NCBI GenBank assembly: GCA_001821135.1
Contig: MHSA01000012.1
Coordinates: 6,341 to 70,340 of the forward strand
DNA length: 64,000 nucleotides
Source of the DNA: Candidatus Taylorbacteria bacterium RIFCSPLOWO2_01_FULL_48_100
Lineage (GTDB): Bacteria > Patescibacteriota > Minisyncoccia > Phycocordibacterales > UBA10002
Direction: 5' to 3'
A program made the translations under genes and the position numbers. Position 1 is the first letter of the stretch, and each line of letters opens with the position of its first letter. Under the pieces are notes generated by a model. The model saw only the letters and a program-made list of their open reading frames with translations. It was not told the origin of the DNA and ran no database searches. Shown piece by piece: positions 1 to 10,035 of the stretch.

Positions 1-395
1 AACCCGCCCGAACGATTGACATCGTTCAGTCGGGCGGGCGAAATAACACGGCATATAAAATCTCATTGGAGGGAATGACATTGGTTTTCTTGGGTGCGCT
101 CTCGGATGCGGCGCTCCCTCCAGAAGTAAAGTCGGCGTTTGAAGACGTGGATATTTTGTTTGTGCCTGTTGGCGGCGGAGGCGTACTCCACGCTGGTGAC
201 GCGCATAAGCTTTCGGTCGCGCTTGAGCCGAAAATAATTATTCCTATGCATTTTGGAAAAGAAGGTAGTAAAGAACTAGCGCAATTTCTGAAAGAAAGTG
301 GGGAGAAGGGCGCGGAGCCAGTGGAAAAACTCACGCTCAAGAAAAAAGATATTGAAGGAAAAAAAGGCGAGGTAGTTGTGTTGCAGATAAGTTGA
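1..395 (+). CDS. MBL-fold metal-dependent hydrolase, C-terminal part (gene starts upstream of window)
   Basis: Reading frame is open from the window edge. The C-terminal motifs (ILFVPVGG, HAGDAHKLS, IIPMHF) are typical of UPF0173/MBL-fold hydrolases. Stop codon TGA at 393-395. Confidence 0.55.
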   Translation, partial: PARTIDIVQSGGRNNTAYKISLEGMTLVFLGALSDAALPPEVKSAFEDVDILFVPVGGGGVLHAGDAHKLSVALEPKIIIPMHFGKEGSKELAQFLKESGEKGAEPVEKLTLKKKDIEGKKGEVVVLQIS

Positions 396-407
396 AAGAG
401 AGAATAT

Positions 408-489
408 GCTTCGCGAAAAGCGAAATTTTTTCCTCTTTACCCTCTCTACGGGGGTCCTACGAGATAAAAAATTTCGCTTTTCGCTTCGC
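408..489. terminator. Long inverted repeat with an 18 bp perfect stem (cgaaaagcgaaatttttt / aaaaaatttcgcttttcg) and a ~34 nt loop, between the hydrolase gene and the next ORF
   Basis: Read directly from the sequence. Its role as a terminator, attenuator or other structured element is not known. Confidence 0.35.
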
Positions 490-499
490 ATATACATCC

Positions 500-898
500 A
501 TGTTTAATTTCTTGGAAAAAATGCGGGATTCAGAAAACGCGCCGCGCGAACGCGCAGCGTTCGTCGCGGCACTTGTCTTGACGGCGGCAATTGGCGCAGT
601 GTGGTTTTCGTTGTCGGGCGACGCACCGCTCGCTTCAGAAGCGGCGCCGAACGAGAATGTGCCGGTAGAAGAAATTTCTGCGCCGATAGACACCGAAGGT
701 CCTATCTCAAAGTTTCGCGCGGAGATGGCGGATGCCGCCGTTTTTCTTGCCGGGCAAGTTCGCAAAATCGGCGATTTGTGGAAGGGGTTCAAGTTCAATG
801 CGCCTATTGACTATAAACAATCAGAAAGTGCCGCGTTTCAAGAAAATACAGAAAAGACAGAAAGGGCGGAACAGGCAAAACAAATTCTGGGCGAATAA
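500..898 (+). CDS. hypothetical membrane-anchored protein
   Basis: ORF has one hydrophobic segment (AAFVAALVLTAAIGAVWF). No family recognised. Start codon uncertain (500 or 524). Confidence 0.4.
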   Translation: MFNFLEKMRDSENAPRERAAFVAALVLTAAIGAVWFSLSGDAPLASEAAPNENVPVEEISAPIDTEGPISKFRAEMADAAVFLAGQVRKIGDLWKGFKFNAPIDYKQSESAAFQENTEKTERAEQAKQILGE

Positions 899-980
899 AA
901 GTCGCTCACATTACGCCACAGTTTTCGGTTCTTGTGTGAACTCTCCCATTTACTTGCTATAGCAGATAAATGGGAGAGTG

Positions 981-1009
981 TTGACAAAGAAAAGAAGGTG
1001 TGTATAATT
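981..1009 (+). promoter_or_regulatory. sigma70-like promoter: TTGACA, 17 nt spacer, TATAAT
   Basis: Consensus -35 box at 981-986 and -10 box at 1004-1009, upstream of an ORF with AAGGAAGGAAAATG ribosome-binding site (RBS). Confidence 0.5.
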
Positions 1010-1079
1010 GAGTGTGGAGGCAGTAAAGAAACACATGATGTGTTTCTGTTGAAAAACAGCGTAAAAGGAAGGAAGGAAA

Positions 1080-1580
1080 ATGAAAACCAAAGAACTGCGC
1101 GCCAGAAAGCGCGCAACAGTAGCAAAATTGCCGGCTTCGCTAAAGCGACTTCCTGGAACTGTTATCGTTTCAGCACAGCCGAGATGTATCGTCGCAAAAT
1201 GCTTCACCGACAAATCGGTCTTCGCCTACCGCGACTACAACTTTAACTCGTGGCTACCAAAGACACTTCCCGTAAGCGTGGAGATAGGAGTATCGGGATA
1301 TGAACTCACCGATACCACCACCGAAGCAGAGATGGCGAAAGTCGGCAAGAAATTCACCAACCTCTCGCAGATTGAAAATCTCATTCTGCGAACGGAGAAA
1401 GGTGAAAACCATGGTCTCGTCACCAACGGCTATGCCAATATCTTCTTCTTACAAGTTGGTGCTTCCGTCTTCATGGTGCACGCGTACCGGTACGATGACA
1501 GGTGGTCTTTGTGCCTGTACCGCTTCAGCGCGAGGAACGCGTGGTATGCCGAGAGTCGGTTCTTTTCCCCCGCAACTTGA
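1080..1580 (+). CDS. hypothetical protein
   Basis: Has a good RBS, a consensus promoter upstream and an intrinsic terminator downstream. No recognisable domain. Confidence 0.5.
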   Translation: MKTKELRARKRATVAKLPASLKRLPGTVIVSAQPRCIVAKCFTDKSVFAYRDYNFNSWLPKTLPVSVEIGVSGYELTDTTTEAEMAKVGKKFTNLSQIENLILRTEKGENHGLVTNGYANIFFLQVGASVFMVHAYRYDDRWSLCLYRFSARNAWYAESRFFSPAT

Positions 1581-1606
1581 CCGCCTGAGTTCTTGTCCCC
1601 TTGAGA

Positions 1607-1641
1607 CCCCCTTGCTCTTCCGAGAGCAAGGGGGTTTTTGT
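1607..1641 (+). terminator. rho-independent terminator
   Basis: Hairpin cccccttgctcttccgagagcaaggggg followed by TTTTT. Confidence 0.7.
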
Positions 1642-1683
1642 TTGAGGGGATTTTAATGTTCTTTTATGCTATAATAAAGAGGT

Positions 1684-4164
1684 ATGTCAGATGCTAAAAA
1701 GGCGAAAGGGGGTCCGCTTCCGGATGGTGTTCCTGCCGGAGGGCGGATTGCGGGGCGCGAAATAACGACCGAGATGCGCGAGTCGTATCTTGACTACGCG
1801 ATGTCGGTCATAACTATGCGCGCGCTCCCAGATGTGCGCGACGGACTCAAGCCCGTGCATCGCCGCATTCTCTACGCGATGCACGAAATGGGGCTCGCGG
1901 CGTCTGCGAAGTTTCGTAAATCGGCGGCGGTGGTCGGCGATGTTCTAGGCAAGTACCACCCGCACGGCGACATTTCCGTATATGATGCGCTTGTGAAAAT
2001 GGCGCAGTCGTTTTCTTTCCGATACCCGCTGATTTGGGGGCAAGGAAATTTCGGATCTGTGGACGGCGACTCGCCCGCAGCGATGCGCTATACAGAGGCG
2101 AAAATGTCGCGCGTTGCGGGTGAGCTTCTGCGCGATTTGGAAAAGGAGACGGTTGACTGGCGCCCCAACTACGACGCGACACGCAAAGAGCCGACTGTTC
2201 TTCCGACTGGAGTGCCGAGCTTGGTACTGAACGGCACGCTCGGCATTGCCGTCGGTATGGCGACCAACATCCCGCCACACAACTTAAAAGAAGTGGTGGA
2301 TGCAACAGCGCACATTATAGACAACCCCGATGCGACCACAGAAGACCTCTTGCATTTCGTGAAAGGCCCTGACTTTCCGACTGGCGGCGTTGCTTACAGC
2401 GCGAAGGACATTGCGCACGCGTACGCGACTGGCAAAGGTCCCGTCGTAGTGCGAGGCGAGGCGGAGATTATTGAAGAAAAAGCGGGACATTCACAAATCA
2501 TCATTTCCTCTATTCCGTACCGTGTAAACAAAGCGGAATTGATTATACGGATTGCCGATCTCGTGCGCGACAAAAAGCTTGAAGGTATTAAAGGGCTTCG
2601 CGACGAATCAACAAAAGATATCCGCATCGTGATTGACTTAAAACAGGGTGCGTACCCAGAAAAAGTGCTTAACGCGCTCTACAAGCATACGCAGTTAGAA
2701 GATGCATTCCATTACAACTGCGTCGCGCTTGTGGACGGCGTGCCGGAAACCCTCTCGCTTAAAGCACTTTTGGAAGCGTTCGTTGAACATCGCAAAGAAG
2801 TTGTACGCCGCCGCAGCGAGTTTGACCTCGCGCGCGCGAAGGAGCGCGAGCATATTCTATTAGGGCTTACGATTGCGCTAAAAAACATAGACGCGATTGT
2901 TAAGTTAATAAAAAATGCGAAAGATGTGGACGAGGCGCGCGCGGGGCTGAGCAAAACATTTAAGCTATCGGAAATACAAGCGAATGCGATTTTGGAAATG
3001 CGCCTGCAGAAGCTCGCGGGTTTGGAGCGCAAGAAAATTGAAGACGAACTACTTGATGTGCAGAAGTTAATCGGCGAACTGGAAGACCTTCTTGCGCATC
3101 CGAAAAAGATTCTCGGTGTCGTGCGCAAGGAACTCATTGAAGTCGGCGAGAAGTATGGCGACGAACGGCGGACACGGATTGTTAAAACAGGAGTTGCGGA
3201 ACTTTCTGACGAGGATTTAATTCCCGACGAGGAAAGTGTTCTTGTGTTTACGCGCGGCGGCTATGTAAAGCGCACCGCTCCAGATGAGTACCGCAAGCAA
3301 AAGCGCGGCGGTGTCGGCGTTGTTGATTTGGATACGAAAGAAGAGGACTTTGTTGTAAGCACTCTCTCCGCGTCAACGCACAGCGACCTCTTGTTCTTCA
3401 CCGACCGCGGCAAGGTGTATCAGATGAAAATGTACGAAATTCCCGAAGGGAAGCGCGCTACGCGCGGCAAGTCCATTGCCAATTTCCTTGCGCTTGCGTC
3501 GGACGAGCGCGTTACCTCCATTCTCCCAATGCCTAAAACAACAAAAGCGCTCGCAGGGCTCGCGCTGATTATGATAACGAAAAACGGCATCGGCAAGAAA
3601 GTCGCGGCAGAAAGCTTTCACGATGTGCGCCGTTCTGGACTCATTGCAATTTCGCTAAAAACGGGCGACGAACTCATCTCCGCATCGTTTGTAGAAAAAG
3701 GCGATGAATGCGCCGTCGTAACTTCAGGCGGGCAGTCCATCAGATTTAGAGAATCGGATATTCGCGCAATGGGGCGCGGTGCGGGAGGCGTGCGCACCAT
3801 AAAATTACGAAAAAGCGACATCGTTGCGGGTGCTCAAGTAGTAAAAAGGGGTGTAGAAAAAACAGCACTTTTCATTCTTTCTGAGCACGGGTACGGCAAG
3901 GCGACTTTATTTAAAGAATACAAAACGCAAAAGCGCGGCGGCTCGGGCATCAAGACAGCGAAAGTAACAACAAAGACAGGGAAGGTAATCGCGGCGCGCG
4001 TACTCTCCGACGGAGGAGAAGAAGAGGTGATTGCGATTTCCAAAAAGAGCCAGGTAATTCGTATTGCGGCGTCGGAAATACCGCACCTCGGGCGAGCGAC
4101 GCAAGGCGTGCGCATTATGCGACTCCGCGACGGCGATGCGATTGCGTCAGTTACCGTTCTCTGA
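1684..4164 (+). CDS. gyrA: DNA gyrase subunit A
   Basis: 826 aa. N-terminal catalytic region ([28 protein letters not shown]) and C-terminal beta-pinwheel repeats are present. Confidence 0.95.
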   Translation: MSDAKKAKGGPLPDGVPAGGRIAGREITTEMRESYLDYAMSVITMRALPDVRDGLKPVHRRILYAMHEMGLAASAKFRKSAAVVGDVLGKYHPHGDISVYDALVKMAQSFSFRYPLIWGQGNFGSVDGDSPAAMRYTEAKMSRVAGELLRDLEKETVDWRPNYDATRKEPTVLPTGVPSLVLNGTLGIAVGMATNIPPHNLKEVVDATAHIIDNPDATTEDLLHFVKGPDFPTGGVAYSAKDIAHAYATGKGPVVVRGEAEIIEEKAGHSQIIISSIPYRVNKAELIIRIADLVRDKKLEGIKGLRDESTKDIRIVIDLKQGAYPEKVLNALYKHTQLEDAFHYNCVALVDGVPETLSLKALLEAFVEHRKEVVRRRSEFDLARAKEREHILLGLTIALKNIDAIVKLIKNAKDVDEARAGLSKTFKLSEIQANAILEMRLQKLAGLERKKIEDELLDVQKLIGELEDLLAHPKKILGVVRKELIEVGEKYGDERRTRIVKTGVAELSDEDLIPDEESVLVFTRGGYVKRTAPDEYRKQKRGGVGVVDLDTKEEDFVVSTLSASTHSDLLFFTDRGKVYQMKMYEIPEGKRATRGKSIANFLALASDERVTSILPMPKTTKALAGLALIMITKNGIGKKVAAESFHDVRRSGLIAISLKTGDELISASFVEKGDECAVVTSGGQSIRFRESDIRAMGRGAGGVRTIKLRKSDIVAGAQVVKRGVEKTALFILSEHGYGKATLFKEYKTQKRGGSGIKTAKVTTKTGKVIAARVLSDGGEEEVIAISKKSQVIRIAASEIPHLGRATQGVRIMRLRDGDAIASVTVL

Positions 4165-4234
4165 ACTGCGCTAGATGTTGATTGGCGGGAAACTCTTGGT
4201 GCCGTAGGTCGATGTTTTTTAGACAATTTCGTGT

Positions 4235-4999
4235 TTGAATATAATTATGCAACCAACTTCATTAACAGAAGAAACTATAAAACACCAATACACACTTCTT
4301 TGTGCCTCGCATGAAAAGTTTCTGAAAAAGTTTGGTGTCAAGTTGCCAAAATTACAAGATACAGAAGGAAATTTTACGAAAGATGCGCTTGTGTTGGTGT
4401 ATCTTTCGCTTGGGTATCCAAAAACAAAGCCCGTCTCAAAAACAGAACTCACACATTTCATACGAAGTTTTTATCCCGATACACCAGATGTACAGCAAGC
4501 AAGGCATCTTGGTGCGCAGAGTGGCTGGTGGATTGTCGCGGGCGGTCGCGACAATATTGTCGCTAGTTTGCGTCGCGGGTGGTATCAACTGCATACTCTG
4601 GAAAAGCCATACCCATCTTTTCACCTAGGTCACCGCATTACAGAAACCGCGAATTGGGCTTTACTAAAAAAACAATATGGTTTTCGGTGCGCAACTTGCG
4701 GTTCAGAAGAAGGTGAGCCGCATCTCCACTGGCCAGCTACAAAAACAAAAATACAAATAGCCCATAAAGATCCTAATAAACCATTAGTTGCTGGTAATAT
4801 CATTCCACAATGCCAAAAATGCAACAGAGCAGATAGAAATAGGTGGGTGTATGACGACAAAGGAAGAGTTATTAAATTAGCAGACGCCAATTTTGTGAGA
4901 AACTTTGATACAATGGTAAGGTGGAAAATATATAAAATACTCTGTAGGGAATTTCGTGATAAAAATCCACACAAAAATGAACGAGAAATTTTTGAATAA
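4235..4999 (+). CDS. HNH-family restriction endonuclease (putative Type II R subunit)
   Basis: C-terminal HNH motif (CATCG...IAHKDPNK...NIIPQCQKCN). AT-rich relative to flanks. Overlaps the downstream methyltransferase gene. Confidence 0.55.
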   Translation: MNIIMQPTSLTEETIKHQYTLLCASHEKFLKKFGVKLPKLQDTEGNFTKDALVLVYLSLGYPKTKPVSKTELTHFIRSFYPDTPDVQQARHLGAQSGWWIVAGGRDNIVASLRRGWYQLHTLEKPYPSFHLGHRITETANWALLKKQYGFRCATCGSEEGEPHLHWPATKTKIQIAHKDPNKPLVAGNIIPQCQKCNRADRNRWVYDDKGRVIKLADANFVRNFDTMVRWKIYKILCREFRDKNPHKNEREIFE

Positions 5000-5960
5000 A
5001 ATTGTAACAGGTGACGCCCTTAAACTCCTTAATGACATTGAGGATGGTTCCATTGACTTGGTTTTGACCGACCCGCCTTATTTCTTAGATAAACTGGACA
5101 ATGAATGGAATCAACAAAAGGTTTCGCTTCGTCTCAAAAGTCAGTTGGTGGTAAAATCGCTTCCAGCCGGGATGAAGTTTGACAGAGAACAAGGAAAACG
5201 GTTTTACGAGTGGTACAGTTTGGTATCCAGTCAGTTATTTCGTGTGTTAAAGCCTGGAGGTTTTTTCTTTTCCTTTTCAAGCCCTCGTCTGTATCACCGC
5301 ATGGCTTCCGCAGTTGATGATGCCGGTTTTGAAGTCCGTGATATGTTTCTTTGGCTCTATACACAAAATCAAATGAAAGCGATGGGGTTGGCGCATTTTA
5401 TTGATAAACTTAGAGTGTCCTCTGCAGAAAAAGACGTCTTAAAAGAAGAACTACGCGGTTGGAAGACTCCGCAAGTCAAGTCGTGTTTTGAACCGATTGT
5501 CATGGCGCAAAAACCAACCGATGGAACATATCTCTCAAATATCCAAAAGCACCATGTAGGATTAGTCAATACAAATATACGAATTGGAGACGGGATGTTT
5601 CCGTCAAATGTCAGTATAACGGAGCCAATTCATAAAGTGCTTGACCGTGCGTTTCTTTTACCGAAACCGTCGCAAGAAGAGCGAGGTGTGGATAATATCC
5701 ATGAGACCGTTAAACCACTTGTTCTATGTCAGTACATCATTGCTCTTACTGCGTTTGCAAAAGATGCTGTTGTGCTTGACCCGTTTGTGGGGAGTGGAAC
5801 TACGGCATTGGCGGCAGATCGACTTGGCAAGCAGTTTATCGGACTCGATATAAATAAATCGTATGTTGAGATCGCGCGTCGACGTCTGAAGAAAAAAGAA
5901 ATAGTATCATCATTCGCTTCGTTTATTCCAATTACACGACAACCGCAATTACTTGCTTAG
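4956..5960 (+). CDS. beta-class DNA amino-methyltransferase (N6-adenine or N4-cytosine)
   Basis: Motif IV (SIDLVLTDPPY) lies near the N-terminus and motif I (VLDPFVGSGTTALAA) near the C-terminus. Overlaps the upstream REase gene by 23-44 nt; an alternative start is at 4977. Confidence 0.8.
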   Translation: MIKIHTKMNEKFLNKIVTGDALKLLNDIEDGSIDLVLTDPPYFLDKLDNEWNQQKVSLRLKSQLVVKSLPAGMKFDREQGKRFYEWYSLVSSQLFRVLKPGGFFFSFSSPRLYHRMASAVDDAGFEVRDMFLWLYTQNQMKAMGLAHFIDKLRVSSAEKDVLKEELRGWKTPQVKSCFEPIVMAQKPTDGTYLSNIQKHHVGLVNTNIRIGDGMFPSNVSITEPIHKVLDRAFLLPKPSQEERGVDNIHETVKPLVLCQYIIALTAFAKDAVVLDPFVGSGTTALAADRLGKQFIGLDINKSYVEIARRRLKKKEIVSSFASFIPITRQPQLLA

Positions 5961-5970
5961 TAAATGCAAA

Positions 5971-6498
5971 ATGTTCTCCAACCCATCACAAATTATTTCT
6001 CAATTAGACCTGCAATCCAGCGCGCGGGTGGCGGATATTGGCGCGGGGAGCGGGGCGTATGCACTTGCGGCGGCGAAAGCGGTCGGGGAGCATGGCAAGG
6101 TTTTTGCGGTAGAAGTGCAAAAGGAGCTTTTGTCGCGCATAGAAAAAGAAGCACGCTCAAAAGGCATTCATAATATAGAAACAATGTGGGGGGATGCGGA
6201 GAGCGCGGGCGGAACGCATCTTGCGGACGGCGCGTGTAATGCGGTAATTATTGCAAATGTGCTTTTTCAAGCGTCCGATAAACAGGCGCTCGCGCGCGAA
6301 GCCGCGCGGATTCTGGAACCCCGTGGTCGCGCGCTTGTGGTGGATTGGTCGGGCTCGTTTGGCGGCGCGGGTCCTGCGCCCGCCGCCGTGGTTTCCAAGC
6401 AAAAAGCGCAAGAGATTTTTGAAAGCGCCGGGTTTGTATTGGAACGCGCTGTGGATGCGGGCGCAAACCACTATGGTATAATTTTTAGGAAAAAATAA
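5971..6498 (+). CDS. class I SAM-dependent methyltransferase
   Basis: Motif I (VADIGAGSGAYAL). GC-rich, unlike the preceding R-M pair. Start taken at the internal Met (MFSNPS). Confidence 0.65.
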   Translation: MFSNPSQIISQLDLQSSARVADIGAGSGAYALAAAKAVGEHGKVFAVEVQKELLSRIEKEARSKGIHNIETMWGDAESAGGTHLADGACNAVIIANVLFQASDKQALAREAARILEPRGRALVVDWSGSFGGAGPAPAAVVSKQKAQEIFESAGFVLERAVDAGANHYGIIFRKK

Positions 6499-6609
6499 TA
6501 CCAATCTGCGAATTATACCAATGATACAAATGTCTACGAATAAGAAATGAATTTTATTAGTAGTCATTAGTAGAATTGGTATGTATTAGTATATTGGTAT
6601 GTCCATCTT

Positions 6610-7872
6610 ATGCGTCCATTCCAAATAATACTTCTCGCCGTTTTTGTGATAGCCGCCATTGCGGGGCTGGTCGCCTTTTCGCTTTTTAAGGGCACGCCCC
6701 CCGCAGGGGGGCTTGCGGAACTTGAAGTATGGGGTTCATTTCCGTCATCCGCGTTTTCAAGTGCGACGGCGGACTTGTCTGGAGATGAGTTTAAAATTAC
6801 ATACAAAGAAATCTCCGCGGCTCGGTTTGAGCAAGAACTCATAGAGGCGCTCGCGGCTGGAAGAGGGCCAGATGCGATTATTTTGCCGTCAGAACTTGTA
6901 GTGCGGCATAGCGACAAAATCGTACTGATTCCATTGGAGACACTCTCGGAACGGCAATTTAAAGACGCTTTTGTGGAAGCGGAAGAGGCGTTTTGGACGC
7001 CAGCCGGCGCGCTCGCGATTTCGCTCGCCGTGGACCCTATTGTTATGTACTGGAATCGCGACCGGTTGAGTGCGGGAGGAGTCGCGCGGCCCCCTCGCTA
7101 TTGGGATGAGGTTCTTACGGCAGTTCCGAAGTTGACACTTCGCAATCGGCTCGGGCAAATCCAATCTGCAGGCATTTCTCTCGGCGAGTTTCGCAACATT
7201 ACGAATGCGAAAGAAATTATCTCCGCGCTCTTTTTCCAAAGCGGCGGCAAGCTCATTTCGCGCGCACCGGAAGGATACGCAGTATCGCTTGAGGATTGGG
7301 CGAATGCCGGAAGCGCACTCGGCTTTTTCACTGAGTTTGCAAATCCTGTGAAGTCGCTATACACATGGAATCGCGGTCTGCCACAATCACGCGACATGTT
7401 TGCATCTGGCGACCTTGCGCTGTATTTAGGCTTCGCGTCCGAATATGCGGGGCTTCGCGAAAAGAATCCGCATTTAAATATGTCCGTCGCGCCATTCCCG
7501 CAAACGCGCGATTCTAAACTCACGGTAACATTCGGCAAAGCGTGGGGGCTTGCCGCATTAAAGACGGGAAGAAATCCAGCTGGTGCGATGCGGCTTGGTT
7601 TCGCACTTGCGGATTCCACGCGAATAACAAGATTGGCGGAAGCGCTCGGCACGGTGCCGCCACTTCGCGCACTTCTGGAACGCAAAGCAGACAGTGCCGC
7701 GAAGTCGGTATTTTACGAGGCGGCTTTGCAGGCGCGTAGTTTCCTAGACCCAAACCCTACGGAAACGGCAAAATTATTCCAATCGGTTGTAGAAAATATC
7801 ACCGGCGGCAGAGGGCAGGTAGCGAGCGGGGTAGGCGACTTGCGGAGTGGATTAGAAAGATTACTAAAATAA
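6610..7872 (+). CDS. membrane-anchored extracellular solute-binding-protein-like protein
   Basis: N-terminal TM helix followed by a ~390 aa soluble domain. Weak resemblance to family-1 substrate-binding proteins. No permease genes adjacent. Confidence 0.4.
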   Translation: MRPFQIILLAVFVIAAIAGLVAFSLFKGTPPAGGLAELEVWGSFPSSAFSSATADLSGDEFKITYKEISAARFEQELIEALAAGRGPDAIILPSELVVRHSDKIVLIPLETLSERQFKDAFVEAEEAFWTPAGALAISLAVDPIVMYWNRDRLSAGGVARPPRYWDEVLTAVPKLTLRNRLGQIQSAGISLGEFRNITNAKEIISALFFQSGGKLISRAPEGYAVSLEDWANAGSALGFFTEFANPVKSLYTWNRGLPQSRDMFASGDLALYLGFASEYAGLREKNPHLNMSVAPFPQTRDSKLTVTFGKAWGLAALKTGRNPAGAMRLGFALADSTRITRLAEALGTVPPLRALLERKADSAAKSVFYEAALQARSFLDPNPTETAKLFQSVVENITGGRGQVASGVGDLRSGLERLLK

Positions 7873-7874
7873 AT

Positions 7875-8315
7875 ATGGAGCAAAACACATTTTCAAAATG
7901 TCTGGAGCGAATGGTCGCATTGCAGCGACCCGAGCGTTACCGAGGACTTTTGCAAAATGTGTTTTGCGGAATGTTTATATATGTTGTTCTTGTTGCGCCA
8001 CTTTTTGCTCACGCCGCTCCGATTGTCCCGTGCGGAAACCCAGGTCAAGAGCCGTGCGGCTTCAATCACTTCCTCATCGGCATCAACAATGTAATTAACT
8101 TTTTGATTATGATTGGCGGCTCCATCGCCGCGATTGTGTTTGCATGGGCGGGAATTCTGATTTTGACTGCCGGCGCGAACGAAAGTCAAGTAACTAAAGC
8201 AAAAGGAATGTTCTGGGCAGTGCTAAAGGGTTTCGCGCTGATGCTCGCCGCGTGGATTTTGGTGAAAATGGTGCTGGTTGGGCTTGGGGTTCCGGATGCG
8301 TTCTCATTGCTTTGA
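7875..8315 (+). CDS. VirB2/TrbC-like pilin family small membrane protein (paralog 1 of 6)
   Basis: Signal-like hydrophobic segment, then the shared core (LTAGANESQVTKAKG...) and a second TM helix. This architecture is shared by all six paralogs. Confidence 0.55.
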   Translation: MEQNTFSKCLERMVALQRPERYRGLLQNVFCGMFIYVVLVAPLFAHAAPIVPCGNPGQEPCGFNHFLIGINNVINFLIMIGGSIAAIVFAWAGILILTAGANESQVTKAKGMFWAVLKGFALMLAAWILVKMVLVGLGVPDAFSLL

Positions 8316-8319
8316 TAGT

Positions 8320-8742
8320 ATGGAGAAAGAGACACCAGATGTTGATAGGCGGCAAACATCTAGTGTCTTGGTGTGGTACAATAACACTCATATGCAAAAA
8401 GTGTTTTGGGTAATAATTGGATTTTTGCTTTCCGCAGGGCAAACATACGCACTGCATACTGGCGGTGGTTTGCCGCATCTTGATAACCCGCTTGGACCTA
8501 CTACCAATACATTTGAAGCGCTTGCGGCGAAAATACTTGTGATTGTTTCCGATATAGGCGGCGTGGTGGCGGTATTCTTTATTATTTACGCAGGGTTTTT
8601 GTTTGTAACTGCTGGCGGAAACGAAGATAAGCATAAGAGCGCGAAAAAGGCGATTTTGTATGCAGTCATCGGCACCGCAATCCTCCTCGGTGCGCAAGCA
8701 CTCGCAAAGATTTTAGAGGCAACGATAAACTCGTTGAAATAA
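8320..8742 (+). CDS. VirB2/TrbC-like pilin family small membrane protein (paralog 2)
   Basis: Shared core VTAGGNEDKHKSAKKAILYAVIGTAILLG. Start codon uncertain (8278, 8320 or 8392). Confidence 0.55.
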   Translation: MEKETPDVDRRQTSSVLVWYNNTHMQKVFWVIIGFLLSAGQTYALHTGGGLPHLDNPLGPTTNTFEALAAKILVIVSDIGGVVAVFFIIYAGFLFVTAGGNEDKHKSAKKAILYAVIGTAILLGAQALAKILEATINSLK

Positions 8743-8745
8743 TAT

Positions 8746-9066
8746 ATGAAAAAAATATACGCAACATTCTTAATACTCTCACCGCTTTCTGTTTTTGCCG
8801 CGCCAGCCGATTTCAAGGGACTGGTTAATTTGGCGCTGGACAACATCAATGTTGCGCTTTTTGCGCTCCTAATTCTCGCGTGGTTTGTTGTATTTGCGAA
8901 AATAGCCGGTTATATAGGGGCGGGTGTGGGAGGAGATGAAAAAAAGATGAGTGCTTTCAAACAAACGGCACTTTTTGGTGTTCTTGGTATTGCGGCATTA
9001 TTAGTGTATTGGGGCGCGGCAAAAATTATTTGTTTAAGTTTGCTTGGCCCAGGCAATTGCAATTAA
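8746..9066 (+). CDS. VirB2/TrbC-like pilin family small membrane protein (paralog 3)
   Basis: Signal peptide MKKIYATFLILSPLSVFAAP. Core IGAGVGGDEKKMSAF plus second TM. Confidence 0.55.
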   Translation: MKKIYATFLILSPLSVFAAPADFKGLVNLALDNINVALFALLILAWFVVFAKIAGYIGAGVGGDEKKMSAFKQTALFGVLGIAALLVYWGAAKIICLSLLGPGNCN

Positions 9067-9070
9067 GCAT

Positions 9071-9487
9071 ATGAAAAAATTCATCTTTTCGCTTTTTTTC
9101 GCATCTCCTTTCTTAGTGTTTGCACAGACGCTTCGCGATCAACTTTTGCTCAACAACCCTGCGGCGCGTACTCCGCTTGGTAACATTGTACTTATACTTC
9201 TAGACCTCTTAAGTTTGGTTAGTTTTATTGTAGGCACTCTGGCACTCATCTGGTTCTTCTGGGGCATCATCCAGTATGTCTTAAAAGCCGACAATGAAGA
9301 AAAACAAACGGCAGCGCGCAGTTATATGATTTACGCAGTTATTGGAATGTTCGTTATGTTTTCTATATGGGGGCTTGTAAACTTGGTGCGCAATACCTTT
9401 TTCTTTCCCGGTAGTCCTTTTATTCGCTTAAATCCAGGTGATATTCCAATAGTGCCTCGGCTTCCTGAGGGGAATACAGGAACATAG
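9071..9487 (+). CDS. VirB2/TrbC-like pilin family small membrane protein (paralog 4)
   Basis: Signal peptide MKKFIFSLFFASPFLVFA. Core ADNEEKQTAARSYMIYAVIGMFVMF. Confidence 0.55.
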   Translation: MKKFIFSLFFASPFLVFAQTLRDQLLLNNPAARTPLGNIVLILLDLLSLVSFIVGTLALIWFFWGIIQYVLKADNEEKQTAARSYMIYAVIGMFVMFSIWGLVNLVRNTFFFPGSPFIRLNPGDIPIVPRLPEGNTGT

Positions 9488-9603
9488 TTTGTCTACACCC
9501 CGCCATTTGCGCAGGTTGGATTAGAGAATTGAATTATGAACCTCGATTGTTATTATGAAAAACAACACACTGAAAGAAAAGATACAGCGATTTTGAACGA
9601 CCC

Positions 9604-9834
9604 GTGTTGATTATAAGGGTTTTTAATAAAGATTTTGTGCTCGTCGTGCCCATTTCAAGCAAGGAAAAGGAAGGACGATATTATTACGCTTTCAGAAATT
9701 CAGCCAATAAGTGTAATGTGGTTGTGCTGTCTCAGATTAAGTCAATCAGCAGTAAAAGGTTGGTGAGGAAGGTGGGGGAGATTGGAGCAACTGATTTTTT
9801 TGCAATCGCCATTCGGTTAAAAGATTTGATATAA
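9604..9834 (+). pseudogene. MazF/PemK-family toxin remnant (C-terminal ~75 aa; N-terminal ~30 aa missing, no ATG)
   Basis: ERPVLIIRVFNKDFVLVVPISS...VVLSQIKSISSKRLVRKVGEIGATDFFAIAIRLKDLI matches the MazF C-terminal half. The frame is open back only to a stop at 9571, with no ATG. No antitoxin gene is recognisable. Confidence 0.5.
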
Positions 9835-9840
9835 CAAACG

Positions 9841-9886
9841 GTGCCCCCTTGCGGGGGCACCTCGAAGCTTCCTTGCGGAAGTATAA
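9841..9886 (+). terminator. two adjacent GC hairpins (ggtgccccc-ttgc-gggggcacc and cttcc-ttgc-ggaag)
   Basis: Perfect palindromes read directly from the sequence, with no strong T-run. Probable terminator or RNA structure. Confidence 0.35.
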
Positions 9887-10035
9887 TGTATCGTTCAGTA
9901 TAGCAAAAGCAATATATAAGTCAAACGGAGTAATCCACACCCCGCCCCTTGCGCTGTTTTTAGATGTTGTATAATAACAAGCGGTCTTAAATAACAAAGG
10001 TCTTTATTATTTATTAGTTTATTAAGGAATTTACA

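Noticed and set aside
1-40. Inverted repeat cccgcccga...tcgggcggg at the window start
   Set aside because: Lies inside the open reading frame of the truncated hydrolase gene at the window edge and cannot be placed in context. Noted only for its similarity to the gcccgcccg/cgggcgggc hairpin in copy 1 of the structured element.
1687-4226. Multiple 60-150 aa ORFs on both strands inside gyrA
   Set aside because: Embedded in a well-supported 826 aa gyrA reading frame; typical high-GC antisense ORFs.
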